Under the pieces are notes generated by a model. The model made no database searches. It was not told where the DNA came from and saw only the letters and a program-made list of their open reading frames with translations. Below are positions 38,187-48,124 of a stretch of DNA of 64,000 nt, piece by piece (position 1 is the first letter of the stretch; every line of letters begins with the position of its first letter). This DNA is from Minisyncoccota bacterium (GTDB taxonomy: Bacteria > Patescibacteriota > Minisyncoccia > Phycocordibacterales > CSBR16-193). Made by a program: the position numbers and the translations under genes. The DNA lies in assembly GCA_040905715.1 (NCBI GenBank), contig JBBDRA010000003.1, positions 330,679-394,678 on the forward strand, in the 5' to 3' direction.

Positions 38187-41100
38187 ATGAAGAAATACGA
38201 CCCAAACAAAATAGAAAAAAAATGGCAAAAACAATGGGAGAAAGATGGTATATACAAAACGTCTGAGCGCTCAAAGAAACCTACTCAGTATGTTCTGGAT
38301 ATGTTCCCGTATCCGTCCGGTGAAGGGCTGCACGTGGGTCACCCGAAGGGGTATATTGCCACCGACATCTACTCTCGCTTCAAACGAATGAACGGCTACA
38401 ACGTCCTACATCCAATGGGGTGGGACGCTTTTGGATTGCCGGCCGAGAATTATGCCATCAAAAACAAGACTCAACCCCAGACCGCGGTCAAAAAAAATAT
38501 CAAACGCTATAAAGAGCAGCTAGGAATGATCGGGCTCGACTACGACTGGTCACGTGAGATAAATACAACCGATCCGGAATACTATAAATGGACACAGTGG
38601 ACTTTTCTTCAGATGTACAAAAAGGGATTAGCCTACCAGTCATTCGAGCCGATAAACTGGTGTCCGTCCTGTAAAACAGGGCTCGCCAATGAAGACCTTG
38701 AGACCCGTTCGACAGACTCAGGGCAGGCGGCCGTATGCGAACGATGCGGTTCAGAAGTAGAGCAGAGACCAATGCGCCAATGGGTTTTGAAAATAACCGA
38801 CTATGCCGACCGTCTACTCAAAGACCTGACTGATCTGGACTGGCCGGAGTCGATCAAGGAGTCTCAGCGTAACTGGATCGGACGCTCAGAAGGAGCTGAG
38901 TTCAGTTTTCCGATAACCCAGAAGAACCACTATGTGCTTCTGCACGGCTTTGAAGGTTCACCTAAAAAGAACTTTTTCCCGTGGCTTGCCCGCGAGCTTG
39001 AGAAGCGCGGACATTCGGTCGAGGCGCCGACTCTACCAAAAACAAAGAATCCGGATATCGAGAAGCAGGTCCATCACGTGCTCGACACCTGCCACTTCAC
39101 CGAAAATACGATCCTTGTTGGCCACAGCCTGGGAGGAGTCGTCGGACAGATCATTACTGAACGACTCAAGACACCTATAAAGAAGATGGTCTTAGTAGGG
39201 AGTTTTACCAAACCGAATTTCTTAGATAGCAAAGATCAACCGTTCGTCGATACTTTTAGCTGGAACCTCGACCTCGAGAAAGTTCGTGATAATGCGCGAC
39301 GTATTGTGATACTGCACGATCAAAATGACCCGATCATACCTACTCGAGAAGCAGATATCCTGGCAGAAGCAACTGCCGGAGAACTTCGCTCTGTAGTAGC
39401 ACGAAAAGAGCATTTTTGCGGTCCTCGTGAGCCTGAGATCCTTAACGCATGCCTTGAAGAGGTCAGGGTGTTTACTACCCGGCCCGATACTATCTACGGG
39501 GTAACGTATATGGTCTTAGCTCCGGAGCACGCATTAGTAAATGAGCTTCAGTCAAATATAACAAACTGGCAAGAAGTAACGCAGTACCAAAAAGAAGCAA
39601 ACAAGAAAACTCAGCTCGAACGTACCGCTCAAGACAGAGCCAAGAGCGGTGTTCAGCTCGAAGGTATCTATGCTAAAAATCCGGCCAACGGCGAAGAAAT
39701 ACCGGTCTATATTGCTGACTATGTTATGACCGGCTACGGTACCGGGGCGATCATGGCAGTACCGGCGCACGATGAACGTGACTGGGAATTCGCCAAAGTG
39801 TACGGCCTGCCGATCCGGCAAGTGATACGTCCGGTGAGAGTAGACACAACAAACCCGCCGCGCAAGGGTGCCAAGGTATCTCCGCGATATGTTGTGCACT
39901 GCATCGTTAAGCATCCATCTGAAGACACCGTAGTAACTCTGCGCTGGAAAGAACATGATTGGCAAACACTGATCATTGGCGGAATAGAGAAAGGAGAGAG
40001 CCCGGAAGAAGCTGCTCGCCGCGAGATCTATGAGGAGACCGGCTACAAGAATCTAATACTTGAAGACCAGCTAGGCGACGAAGTCAGAGCGGAATTTTAC
40101 GCAGCCCACAAAGAGGTAAATCGAATCGCGTACACGAAAGCCCTCGTTTTCCGCCTTAGCGATCTTGAAAAAGACGATGTTACTGAGGAGGAGAAAGCCA
40201 AGCATGAGCCGGTCTGGACACCGATCGTTGATCTTGAAAAAACTCTTCGTCCGTGTGCCGAGCTCGACCTGTGGATACATCGTCTTAAAACAGGTAATTA
40301 CGCCTACAGCGGGAAGGGTGAGCTCGTAAACTCAGGCGGCTGGGACGGTATGAGCTCAGACCATGTACAAGACCTGATCACACAGACGGCTAGCGGAGTA
40401 AAACGGGTAACGTACCGTCTCAATGATTGGGTTTTCTCGCGTCAGCGCTACTGGGGTGAACCTATTCCGCTTGTGCACTGTGAACACTGTGGTGTCGTGC
40501 CGGTCCCGGAGAAGGACCTACCGGTTGAGTTGCCGAATGTAAAGAAATACGAGCCGACCGGAACAGGGGAATCGCCGCTTGCTGCTATCGACTCCTGGGT
40601 CAACACAACCTGCCCTGAGTGTGGAGAGAAGGCAAAGCGGGAAACAAACACCATGCCACAGTGGGCAGGAAGCTGTTGGTATTACCTACGCTATATTGAC
40701 CCAAGCAATACAAAGCAACTTGTTTCCGAGAAAAAAGAGCGTCATTGGATGCCGGTCGATATGTATGTTGGCGGTGTTGAGCACGCGACGCGACACTTGA
40801 TCTACGCACGCTTCTGGCACAAGTTCCTCTACGATATAGACGCTGTTTCTACTACAGAGCCATTCGCAACGCTTAAGAACCAGGGAATGATCGCCGGTCC
40901 GGACGGACGAAAGATGAGCAAACGTTACGGCAACATCATAAATCCTGACGATGTGATCAAACAGCACGGTGCGGACTCTTTCCGAACGTACGAAATGTTT
41001 ATGGGGCCGTTCGATCAGGGAGGTGGCTGGAACACTGATAACCTTATCGGGGTTAGGCGTTTTTTGGAAAAGGTGTGGAGACTTCAGGAAAAAGTACAAG

Positions 41101-41606
41101 ATGAAACAACTCATACCAAAACCGAAACAGACAAAAAAATTGAGATTCGAATGCATCAAACCATTCAGAAAGTGACTGAGGACATTGAAACATTCAGCTT
41201 CAACACGGCAATATCAGCCCTTATGGTGCTCGCGAATCAACTTGATAAGCAAGAGAACATTGATCGCTCTGTGTACACTGTTCTTGTCCAGCTTCTCGCG
41301 CCGCTTGCTCCGCATATGTGTGAAGAACTGTGGCTGAATGTGCTTAAAAATAAGATCTCTGTACATACAAGTGACTGGCCGGTGTACGACGAGACGAAAC
41401 TAGTGGAAGACACCGTAACAATAGTGATTCAGGTAAACGGCAAGGTTCGTGATGAGTTTGAGATCAACAAAGACATGCCCGGGGCAGAGGTTATCGCTCA
41501 AGCTAAAGCTCGAGATGCGGTTAAGCGCTGGGTAGGTGATAGCAAGGTTGCTCGTGAGATCTATGTCCCAGGAAAACTGGTAAGTATCGCAACAGATACA
41601 AAGTAG
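38187..41606 (+). CDS. leuS: leucyl-tRNA synthetase carrying two inserted domains, an alpha/beta serine hydrolase and a NUDIX hydrolase
   Basis: Class I HIGH motif (LHVGHPKGY) and KMSKS (KMSKRYGN). Insertion 1, about 38928..39467: YVLLHGFEGS...GHSLGG...HDQNDPIIP...KEH sits between RNWIGRSEGAEF and VFTTRPDT. Insertion 2, about 39840..40400, carries a perfect Nudix box GGIEKGESPEEAARREIYEETGY, after the AVPAHDERDWEFA editing-domain motif and before VTYRLNDWVFSRQRYWG. Total length is 1158 aa against a typical 800-870. Confidence 0.9.
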   Translation: MKKYDPNKIEKKWQKQWEKDGIYKTSERSKKPTQYVLDMFPYPSGEGLHVGHPKGYIATDIYSRFKRMNGYNVLHPMGWDAFGLPAENYAIKNKTQPQTAVKKNIKRYKEQLGMIGLDYDWSREINTTDPEYYKWTQWTFLQMYKKGLAYQSFEPINWCPSCKTGLANEDLETRSTDSGQAAVCERCGSEVEQRPMRQWVLKITDYADRLLKDLTDLDWPESIKESQRNWIGRSEGAEFSFPITQKNHYVLLHGFEGSPKKNFFPWLARELEKRGHSVEAPTLPKTKNPDIEKQVHHVLDTCHFTENTILVGHSLGGVVGQIITERLKTPIKKMVLVGSFTKPNFLDSKDQPFVDTFSWNLDLEKVRDNARRIVILHDQNDPIIPTREADILAEATAGELRSVVARKEHFCGPREPEILNACLEEVRVFTTRPDTIYGVTYMVLAPEHALVNELQSNITNWQEVTQYQKEANKKTQLERTAQDRAKSGVQLEGIYAKNPANGEEIPVYIADYVMTGYGTGAIMAVPAHDERDWEFAKVYGLPIRQVIRPVRVDTTNPPRKGAKVSPRYVVHCIVKHPSEDTVVTLRWKEHDWQTLIIGGIEKGESPEEAARREIYEETGYKNLILEDQLGDEVRAEFYAAHKEVNRIAYTKALVFRLSDLEKDDVTEEEKAKHEPVWTPIVDLEKTLRPCAELDLWIHRLKTGNYAYSGKGELVNSGGWDGMSSDHVQDLITQTASGVKRVTYRLNDWVFSRQRYWGEPIPLVHCEHCGVVPVPEKDLPVELPNVKKYEPTGTGESPLAAIDSWVNTTCPECGEKAKRETNTMPQWAGSCWYYLRYIDPSNTKQLVSEKKERHWMPVDMYVGGVEHATRHLIYARFWHKFLYDIDAVSTTEPFATLKNQGMIAGPDGRKMSKRYGNIINPDDVIKQHGADSFRTYEMFMGPFDQGGGWNTDNLIGVRRFLEKVWRLQEKVQDETTHTKTETDKKIEIRMHQTIQKVTEDIETFSFNTAISALMVLANQLDKQENIDRSVYTVLVQLLAPLAPHMCEELWLNVLKNKISVHTSDWPVYDETKLVEDTVTIVIQVNGKVRDEFEINKDMPGAEVIAQAKARDAVKRWVGDSKVAREIYVPGKLVSIATDTK

Positions 41607-41773
41607 GCAATTTGCCCTTTTGCCAGGTTCGTGATACTGTATAAAAGACAGAAGTAAATCTACGTCAATAGCTTACCAAGGCCTTCCTCAGTGACAGTGC
41701 TCACCGTTTGGCGGCATTGTAATATTTGACACTATTTCCTTTATATGCTTATATTATAGTACGTATTACGAAT

Positions 41774-42820
41774 ATGAAAAAACAGCAAGGAGCCACACTA
41801 TCATTCCAGCCAAAGCAGGTCACCAAACGCCTGCTTTCTGTGCTACCTGAGCGCGCTCGGGATATCCTTATTTGCCGATACGGCCTTGGGAAGAACACTG
41901 ACCGCATGACGCTTGAAGCGATCGGGACCAAATACGGTATCACCCGTGAGCGCGTTCGTCAGATCGAGAACTACGCGATACAGACGATTCGCAAGTCAAA
42001 ACAATACGAAAAAGAGCGAAAAACATTCACTGAGTTAAAGAATCTTCTTAAATCATCTGGCGGTATTGTTGCTGAGCGCGACCTCATGAACATCGTTTCA
42101 CGAAGCATAAGCGTACAAAATCATGTGCACTTTTTCCTTGTTGTAGGCGAAGAATTTACCCGTTACAAAGAAGATGAGAAATTTCATCATCGCTGGCATG
42201 TAGACAACGAGATCGCTGACGAGATCCACGAGGCGCTCGATAAGCTTTACAAAAATCTTAATGACGACGACATTATTCCTGAATCAGAGATGCTGGCTCA
42301 GTTTCTTGACCAGGTGCGCAACACATCTGAAAAATACAAAAACCATGAGATCGCTAAACGATGGCTCGGTATCTCTAAAAAGATCGATCGCAACCCACTT
42401 GGCGAATGGGGAATAGCTCATTCACCAAACATCAACGCCAAGGGAATGCGTGACTATGCCTATCTCGTCCTGAGAAAGCACGGCTCACCGATCCACTTTG
42501 AGGAGGTTGCAAAAGCTATTGAAAAACTATTTAACAAAAAGGCGCACGTTGCCACCACTCACAACGAACTTATTAAGGATTCACGCTTTGTGTTAGTCGG
42601 TCGCGGTCTTTATGCACTCAAGGATTGGGGATACGTCAGCGGAGTTGTGAAAGACGTTATTCAAAAAATACTCCAGCAGAATGGACCTCTCACAAAAGAC
42701 GAGATCATCGACAAAGTAATGAAGGAGCGCTACGTTAAGGAAAATACTATTCTGGTTAATCTTCAAAACCCGCGTTACTTTAAAAAACGCTCTGACGGGC
42801 GATTCGAGAACGCTAAATAA
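41774..42820 (+). CDS. sigma-70 region-4-like HTH protein with a C-terminal winged-helix-like domain
   Basis: N-terminal ARDILICRYGLGKNTDRMTLEAIGTKYGITRERVRQIENYAIQTIRK, as in sigma region 4.2. No regions 2 or 3 recognised. Confidence 0.5.
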   Translation: MKKQQGATLSFQPKQVTKRLLSVLPERARDILICRYGLGKNTDRMTLEAIGTKYGITRERVRQIENYAIQTIRKSKQYEKERKTFTELKNLLKSSGGIVAERDLMNIVSRSISVQNHVHFFLVVGEEFTRYKEDEKFHHRWHVDNEIADEIHEALDKLYKNLNDDDIIPESEMLAQFLDQVRNTSEKYKNHEIAKRWLGISKKIDRNPLGEWGIAHSPNINAKGMRDYAYLVLRKHGSPIHFEEVAKAIEKLFNKKAHVATTHNELIKDSRFVLVGRGLYALKDWGYVSGVVKDVIQKILQQNGPLTKDEIIDKVMKERYVKENTILVNLQNPRYFKKRSDGRFENAK

Positions 42821-42918
42821 TCAATTCTCATTCAAAAAACCACATTTCCTCAGAGGGATGTGGTTTTTTCTATGTAGAAAAAGTGTGAAAGTTGGTGATT
42901 TACTACAAGCTCGGTATA

Positions 42919-44175
42919 ATGACCTCACCTATGATTGATCAACTGCTCTCATTTATTAGTACTCAATACGGTGAATCTGCCGGACTCGTCGCAGAGGTAT
43001 TGCTCGATACCTCTTTTATCTGGATTCCTGTTATCCTCATCATAGGATTTTGGCAGGTCTGGATCCAGTATATTCACGCATACTTTATCAGCAAACAAGT
43101 ACCTGTCCTACTCGAGATACGCATTCCCCGAGAGGTCTCACGCACACCGGCCGCTATGGAGATGGTGTTCAATACGCTCTACCAGAAGAGTCAGCCTCAA
43201 TCGTTTGCGGAGGCGTACTGGGACGGCAAGGTGCCGCCGTGGTTTTCTATAGAATTGGTTTCACTTGGTGGGTATGTCCATCTCTATATCTGGACCTGGC
43301 AAAAATTCAAAAATTTGATCGAGTCACAACTTTACGCTCAGTACCCAAGTATTGAAGTGGTTGAAGCAGAAGACTACTCGACCAAGATCACGAATGATCC
43401 GGAAAAGTTTAATATGGTCGGTTTCCAATGGACGTTTACAAAGCCGGTCGCATACCCCATCAAAACATATATAGACTACGGATTAGACAAGAAGGCTGAC
43501 AAAGAGGAGCAGAAAGATGACCCGCTTACATCAGTACTTGAACTACTCGGGTCACTTAAGCCCAAGGAGCAACTTTGGTTCCAGATCGTGATTCAGGCTC
43601 ACAAAAAAATGGGCATGAAGGACGGTTATGTTTTCCCGCGCCCTGATTGGCGAGCCGAAGCTGAGAGGGAGGCCGGGAAAATACGAGACCAATATTTGGT
43701 CGACAAAGAGAAAGGGCTGTACATGCCTATAACAGAAGCAGATATGGACTCGATCAAGGCTATTCACCGCAGCCTGGACAAGCAAGCCTTTGATGCTGTT
43801 GTGCGAACACTCTATGTTGCTGAAGGTGATAACTTCGATACGGGTACGATCGCCGGACTTCTCGGAGTGATGCAACAATTTAATTCAAACAACATGAACG
43901 GTTTCCGGATCAACTGGAAAACCGACTTCAGCCACCCGTGGAAAGACTTCCGAAATGTTCGCCGACGTAAGAAGGAGCGTCAATACCTCGATGCATGGCG
44001 TCGGCGATCCTACTTTTCTGAACCATACAAGTATTTCAAACAAAAGCCGATCGTTCTTACCACAGAAGAACTTGCAACGATCTTTCATATACCCGGAACA
44101 GTGGTTCAGACTCCAACACTCAACCGAGTAAGTTCACGAAAAGGAGAAGCTCCATCAAACATTCCAACAGAATAA
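42919..44175 (+). CDS. hypothetical protein with 1-2 N-terminal TM helices
   Basis: 427-aa ORF with no recognisable catalytic motif. Confidence 0.45.
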   Translation: MTSPMIDQLLSFISTQYGESAGLVAEVLLDTSFIWIPVILIIGFWQVWIQYIHAYFISKQVPVLLEIRIPREVSRTPAAMEMVFNTLYQKSQPQSFAEAYWDGKVPPWFSIELVSLGGYVHLYIWTWQKFKNLIESQLYAQYPSIEVVEAEDYSTKITNDPEKFNMVGFQWTFTKPVAYPIKTYIDYGLDKKADKEEQKDDPLTSVLELLGSLKPKEQLWFQIVIQAHKKMGMKDGYVFPRPDWRAEAEREAGKIRDQYLVDKEKGLYMPITEADMDSIKAIHRSLDKQAFDAVVRTLYVAEGDNFDTGTIAGLLGVMQQFNSNNMNGFRINWKTDFSHPWKDFRNVRRRKKERQYLDAWRRRSYFSEPYKYFKQKPIVLTTEELATIFHIPGTVVQTPTLNRVSSRKGEAPSNIPTE

Positions 44176-44176
44176 T

Positions 44177-45187
44177 ATGCAGATGTTATTTCAAAATGCA
44201 GCACAGCAAGTAATTTATGGTTTACGATGGCTTGGAGATCATCCTTGGCGTGTTGTTGGTGGAGGTAGTATTGTCTTTTCCTTTGCTCTGGCTACTACTC
44301 TGATCGTTCTTATCTTGCCGTCGCCATATTTTCCCACCGACGAGATAATACACATTGAAGAGGGTACGGGGCTTAACACTATAGCCTTAACACTTGAGCA
44401 AAAAGGGGTAATCCGGTCGGCAAGTATTTTTCGTTACGTGATCGCTATTAGAGGAAATGATAAGAGTATTGTGTCTGGAGACTACTATCTCGAAAAACCC
44501 CTGACCACCTTTGATCTAGCGGATCGACTTGTGAACGGTCACTACAACATGAAGAACCGTGTTGTGTTAATACCGGAGGGATACAACGTTTTTCAAATGG
44601 CAAAACGATTTGATGATCAACTGATAGATTTCGATGTCATAAACTTTATAAAACTTGCTCGTCCGCTAGAAGGCCGACTATTTCCGGACACCTATGAGGT
44701 TCAGCCGACGATATCCGAAGAGCGCTTGATTGAAAAGATGCACACCACTTTTAAAAAACGGATCGAGGAATTAGATGAGGAGATCCAAGCCTTCGACAAA
44801 TCGCTCAACGAGATCATCATAATGGCCTCTATTCTTGAGCGAGAAGCGTATAAAATGGAGGATAGGCGACGTATCGCCGGTGTGCTCTGGCATCGAATTG
44901 AGATCGGAATGCCGCTTCAAGTTGACGCTGTCTTTTCTCACGTGAACGGCAAGCACACGTATCAACTTACCTCAGCTGATCTTTTAGCAGACGACCCTTT
45001 CAATACGTATACCCGTAAAGGACTACCGCCGGCACCAATTGCTAATCCCGGACTCAGCTCAATAGAAGCCGCCGTTACCCCTGTTGAAAGTAACGATCTC
45101 TTCTTTCTCTCAGACAGAAGTGGGAACATGTACTACTCAGAGACACATGATGAGCATGTGAGACTTAAGAATCTATACGTAAACTAG
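44177..45187 (+). CDS. mltG: endolytic murein transglycosylase MltG (YceG family)
   Basis: N-terminal TM helix. YceG motifs EREAYKMEDRRRIAGVLWHRI and LQVDA...NTYTRKGLPPAPIANPG. Confidence 0.85.
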   Translation: MQMLFQNAAQQVIYGLRWLGDHPWRVVGGGSIVFSFALATTLIVLILPSPYFPTDEIIHIEEGTGLNTIALTLEQKGVIRSASIFRYVIAIRGNDKSIVSGDYYLEKPLTTFDLADRLVNGHYNMKNRVVLIPEGYNVFQMAKRFDDQLIDFDVINFIKLARPLEGRLFPDTYEVQPTISEERLIEKMHTTFKKRIEELDEEIQAFDKSLNEIIIMASILEREAYKMEDRRRIAGVLWHRIEIGMPLQVDAVFSHVNGKHTYQLTSADLLADDPFNTYTRKGLPPAPIANPGLSSIEAAVTPVESNDLFFLSDRSGNMYYSETHDEHVRLKNLYVN

Positions 45188-45303
45188 TATTTTATTTTGT
45201 ATATAGTATGTAGTATCCCGGGCACTATTACATATTAACAAGCTAAGCTAGGTACAGTTTACAGACACTAGATACGCCATGCTATTTATGGCATAGTACT
45301 GAC

Positions 45304-46458
45304 ATGCCCAGTGAGAATCAAGATACTCCCCATATTTACGTCGCCCTCTCCGGCGGGGTGGACAGTGCTGTATCCGCAGCACTTCTCAAAGAACAAGGGT
45401 ATCAGGTGACCGGGGCATTCATTAAAACGTGGCAACCGGACTTTCTTGAGTGTCGAGCGCCGGTTGACCGCGAAGACGCGCGACAGGTTGCAGCTCACCT
45501 CAATATTCCGTTTACAACGATCGATCTTGAGGATGAGTACAAACAAGGCGTAGCTGATCTCATGATCGAGGAATACCGATCGGGGCGAACACCGAACCCT
45601 GATGTCCTCTGCAACCAGAAGGTAAAATTCGGTGCCTTTCTTAATGAAGCACTTGCGCGTGGAGCTGACGGCATCGCGACCGGCCATTACTGCAGAAAAG
45701 GACAGCGGCTTACGGATAACACGTCTGAAGTAGGGGAACATACACTTTTGCGAGGTGTCGATACTAATAAAGACCAGTCATACTTCCTATGGACACTGCG
45801 GCAAGACCAACTTTCTAAAACACTATTTCCTGTTGGTGAATACACGAAACCGAAAGTACGAGAACTTGCAAAAAAGTTTGCGTTGCCGGTCGCGACAAAA
45901 AAAGATAGCCAAGGGGTATGCTTTCTTGGCAAGCTTAATATGAAAAGCTTTCTTTCCCACTATATTGATACACAGCCGGGTGATGTTTTAAATCTACGCG
46001 GTGAGAAGATCGGACACCACGACGGAGCTCTTTTCTACACACTCGGACAGCGGCACGGGTTTGAAGTAACTAAGAAAACACCTACGACCGGTGCTTTGTA
46101 TGTGGTTACAAAAAATACTACCTCTAACACCATAACAGTAGCCGAGCAGGACCAGCGCTCAGCGATAGACCAGACTCACGTGCTAACTCTTATGCGGGTA
46201 AACTGGATCGGAGGAGAATGTATCGACGGTGAATACGACGCACAGTTCCGTTACCGCCAACCCACCCGCAAAGTAATTGTAGCAACAGACGAAAAAGGGG
46301 TAACGGTTACATTCGCCGAGCCGCAGCAAGCAGTGTCTCCGGGCCAGTCACTTGTTTTATACAAAGATCAAGAATGTATTGGGGGAGGGATCATCGAGAA
46401 AACAGTTCCGAAAGCTACCTTTCAAAAACCTTTCGAAGCGTTGCAGAGTAACGTATAA
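45304..46458 (+). CDS. mnmA: tRNA 2-thiouridine(34) synthase MnmA
   Basis: PP-loop VALSGGVDSAV and the catalytic Cys region. Confidence 0.9.
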   Translation: MPSENQDTPHIYVALSGGVDSAVSAALLKEQGYQVTGAFIKTWQPDFLECRAPVDREDARQVAAHLNIPFTTIDLEDEYKQGVADLMIEEYRSGRTPNPDVLCNQKVKFGAFLNEALARGADGIATGHYCRKGQRLTDNTSEVGEHTLLRGVDTNKDQSYFLWTLRQDQLSKTLFPVGEYTKPKVRELAKKFALPVATKKDSQGVCFLGKLNMKSFLSHYIDTQPGDVLNLRGEKIGHHDGALFYTLGQRHGFEVTKKTPTTGALYVVTKNTTSNTITVAEQDQRSAIDQTHVLTLMRVNWIGGECIDGEYDAQFRYRQPTRKVIVATDEKGVTVTFAEPQQAVSPGQSLVLYKDQECIGGGIIEKTVPKATFQKPFEALQSNV

Positions 46459-47303
46459 TGCCAACAATGACAGAAAAACAAATCGAGATCATTAAAGCAA
46501 ACGGGGAACGAGAAATGTTTGTCCCGATGAAACTAGAGAACTCACTGCTTAGATCGGGCGCAGAACCGGAGCTCGTTGAAGAAGTTATTGCTCATATACG
46601 TGAGGAGTTAAATGACGGCATGACCACCAAGGAGATATACAAGCATGCTTTCGAGGTACTTGCCAGAAAAAAGAAAAGCGTAGCCAGCCGCTACAGTCTA
46701 CGTAACGCAGTAATAGGTATGGGTCCTACCGGATTTCCTTTTGAGCAATTTGTTGCTCGCATATTTACAGAAAAAGGGTATCAAACTCACACCGGCGTTA
46801 TTATGCGCGGCAAATGCGGCGAGCACGAGATAGACGTTATAGCTCATACAAACGACTCGTTGATCATGATGGAGGCTAAATTTCATAACGAACACGGCAT
46901 ATCGTCCGGGATCAAAACAGCGCTTTACGTCAAAGCCCGTTTTGAGGACCTGAAGGATCAGCCAATACCCGGCATTGAAGGCAGAACCCTTGACCAGGGA
47001 TGGCTGGTAACCAACACAAAATTTACATCCTCAGCAATAGAATACGGCGCATGCGCAGGACTCTCAATGGTAGGCTGGAACTATCCGGCAACAGGCAATC
47101 TACAGGACCTGATCGAAGAGAGCGGACTTCATCCGATCACCTGTCTTACTTCGCTTACCGACACCGCAAAGCGGTCTTTACTTGAAAATAACACTGTACT
47201 GTGTCGAATGGTAAAGGACGATGACGAGCTGCTCCGGGCTGCCGGACTAACCACTGCTGAGATCACGGAGGTCCGGGAAGAAGCAGGTGAGCTGTGTATA
47301 TAA
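46458..47303 (+). CDS. ATP-cone domain fused to a restriction-endonuclease-like (Mrr-type) domain
   Basis: N-terminal ATP-cone (IIKANGEREMFVPMKLENSL...TKEIYKHAFEVL). Central PD-(D/E)xK-like nuclease fold (EHEIDVIAHTNDSLIMMEAKF). Its start overlaps the mnmA stop (TAATG). Confidence 0.6.
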   Translation: MPTMTEKQIEIIKANGEREMFVPMKLENSLLRSGAEPELVEEVIAHIREELNDGMTTKEIYKHAFEVLARKKKSVASRYSLRNAVIGMGPTGFPFEQFVARIFTEKGYQTHTGVIMRGKCGEHEIDVIAHTNDSLIMMEAKFHNEHGISSGIKTALYVKARFEDLKDQPIPGIEGRTLDQGWLVTNTKFTSSAIEYGACAGLSMVGWNYPATGNLQDLIEESGLHPITCLTSLTDTAKRSLLENNTVLCRMVKDDDELLRAAGLTTAEITEVREEAGELCI

Positions 47304-47351
47304 AGCACGCCAACCTCTCTTGAAATACATTCACAAGGGTATATAGTAATA

Positions 47352-47723
47352 ATGGATCTCATTGTCCTTTCACTTGAAGGGGTGCCCATGACAGCATCAA
47401 CGTTAGAAACACGGTATACAACATCCGTAGCAAAATGTGACCGATACACTTCACCGATCGTTAACAAGGCATTCATTCTTCTCGAGTGCCGTCTAGCGCT
47501 TGGCAAACGAAATGCCTATTTTGCACAAACAACGAATGAGGATCTTCTCGTCTACCACTTCGTAGAACACTGTCGAAAGCTACTCGCGCAGTGGTTCGAA
47601 TGTTCATCACATTACGAACGCTGGGTTTTACTGAGCGTACGAAACGAAGAACATCTTGAACAACTTGTCCGGGAAGGGGAGATCGCTGACCATGTCGGAT
47701 GGTTTTCTTATCAAAACACATAG
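47352..47723 (+). CDS. hypothetical protein
   Basis: 123-aa ORF followed by a terminator. Confidence 0.4.
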   Translation: MDLIVLSLEGVPMTASTLETRYTTSVAKCDRYTSPIVNKAFILLECRLALGKRNAYFAQTTNEDLLVYHFVEHCRKLLAQWFECSSHYERWVLLSVRNEEHLEQLVREGEIADHVGWFSYQNT

Positions 47724-47750
47724 CAGTGAGTGACTTTTAGAGTCGCTTAC

Positions 47751-47784
47751 GACGGGCGTCGACACACAGACGCCCGTTTTCTTA
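47751..47784 (+). terminator. intrinsic terminator
   Basis: Stem acgggcg / cgcccgt followed by TTTTCTT. Confidence 0.65.
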
Positions 47785-47808
47785 TACGTTTGATATACTA
47801 GATTAATT

Positions 47809-48057
47809 ATGAATACATTTCGCACTAATGTACTTGCTGTTGTTCGCCATATCCCAAGCGGACAGACGCTATCCTACAAAGAGGTTGCGTGTCGAGCCGG
47901 CAACCCGCAAGCTGCTCGAGCAGTCGGCGCTATCATGCGCACAAACTACGACCCGGATATTCCGTGTCATCGAGTTATTCGATCAGACGGAACCGCCGGT
48001 GGGTATAATCGAGGTGCAGATAAAAAACGAGAGATCCTTGCTCAAGAATCCCTCTAG
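47809..48057 (+). CDS. ogt: stand-alone methylated-DNA--protein-cysteine methyltransferase catalytic/DNA-binding domain
   Basis: Active-site PCHRVI, together with the upstream YKEVA and AVGAIMRTN motifs. 82 aa, with no N-terminal domain. Confidence 0.8.
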   Translation: MNTFRTNVLAVVRHIPSGQTLSYKEVACRAGNPQAARAVGAIMRTNYDPDIPCHRVIRSDGTAGGYNRGADKKREILAQESL

Positions 48058-48124
48058 AGATCTTTGATCAAAAAGTTTTAGAAAATTTTGACACAGCGCT
48101 TTGATACGCTAGTATAAGCTACAT

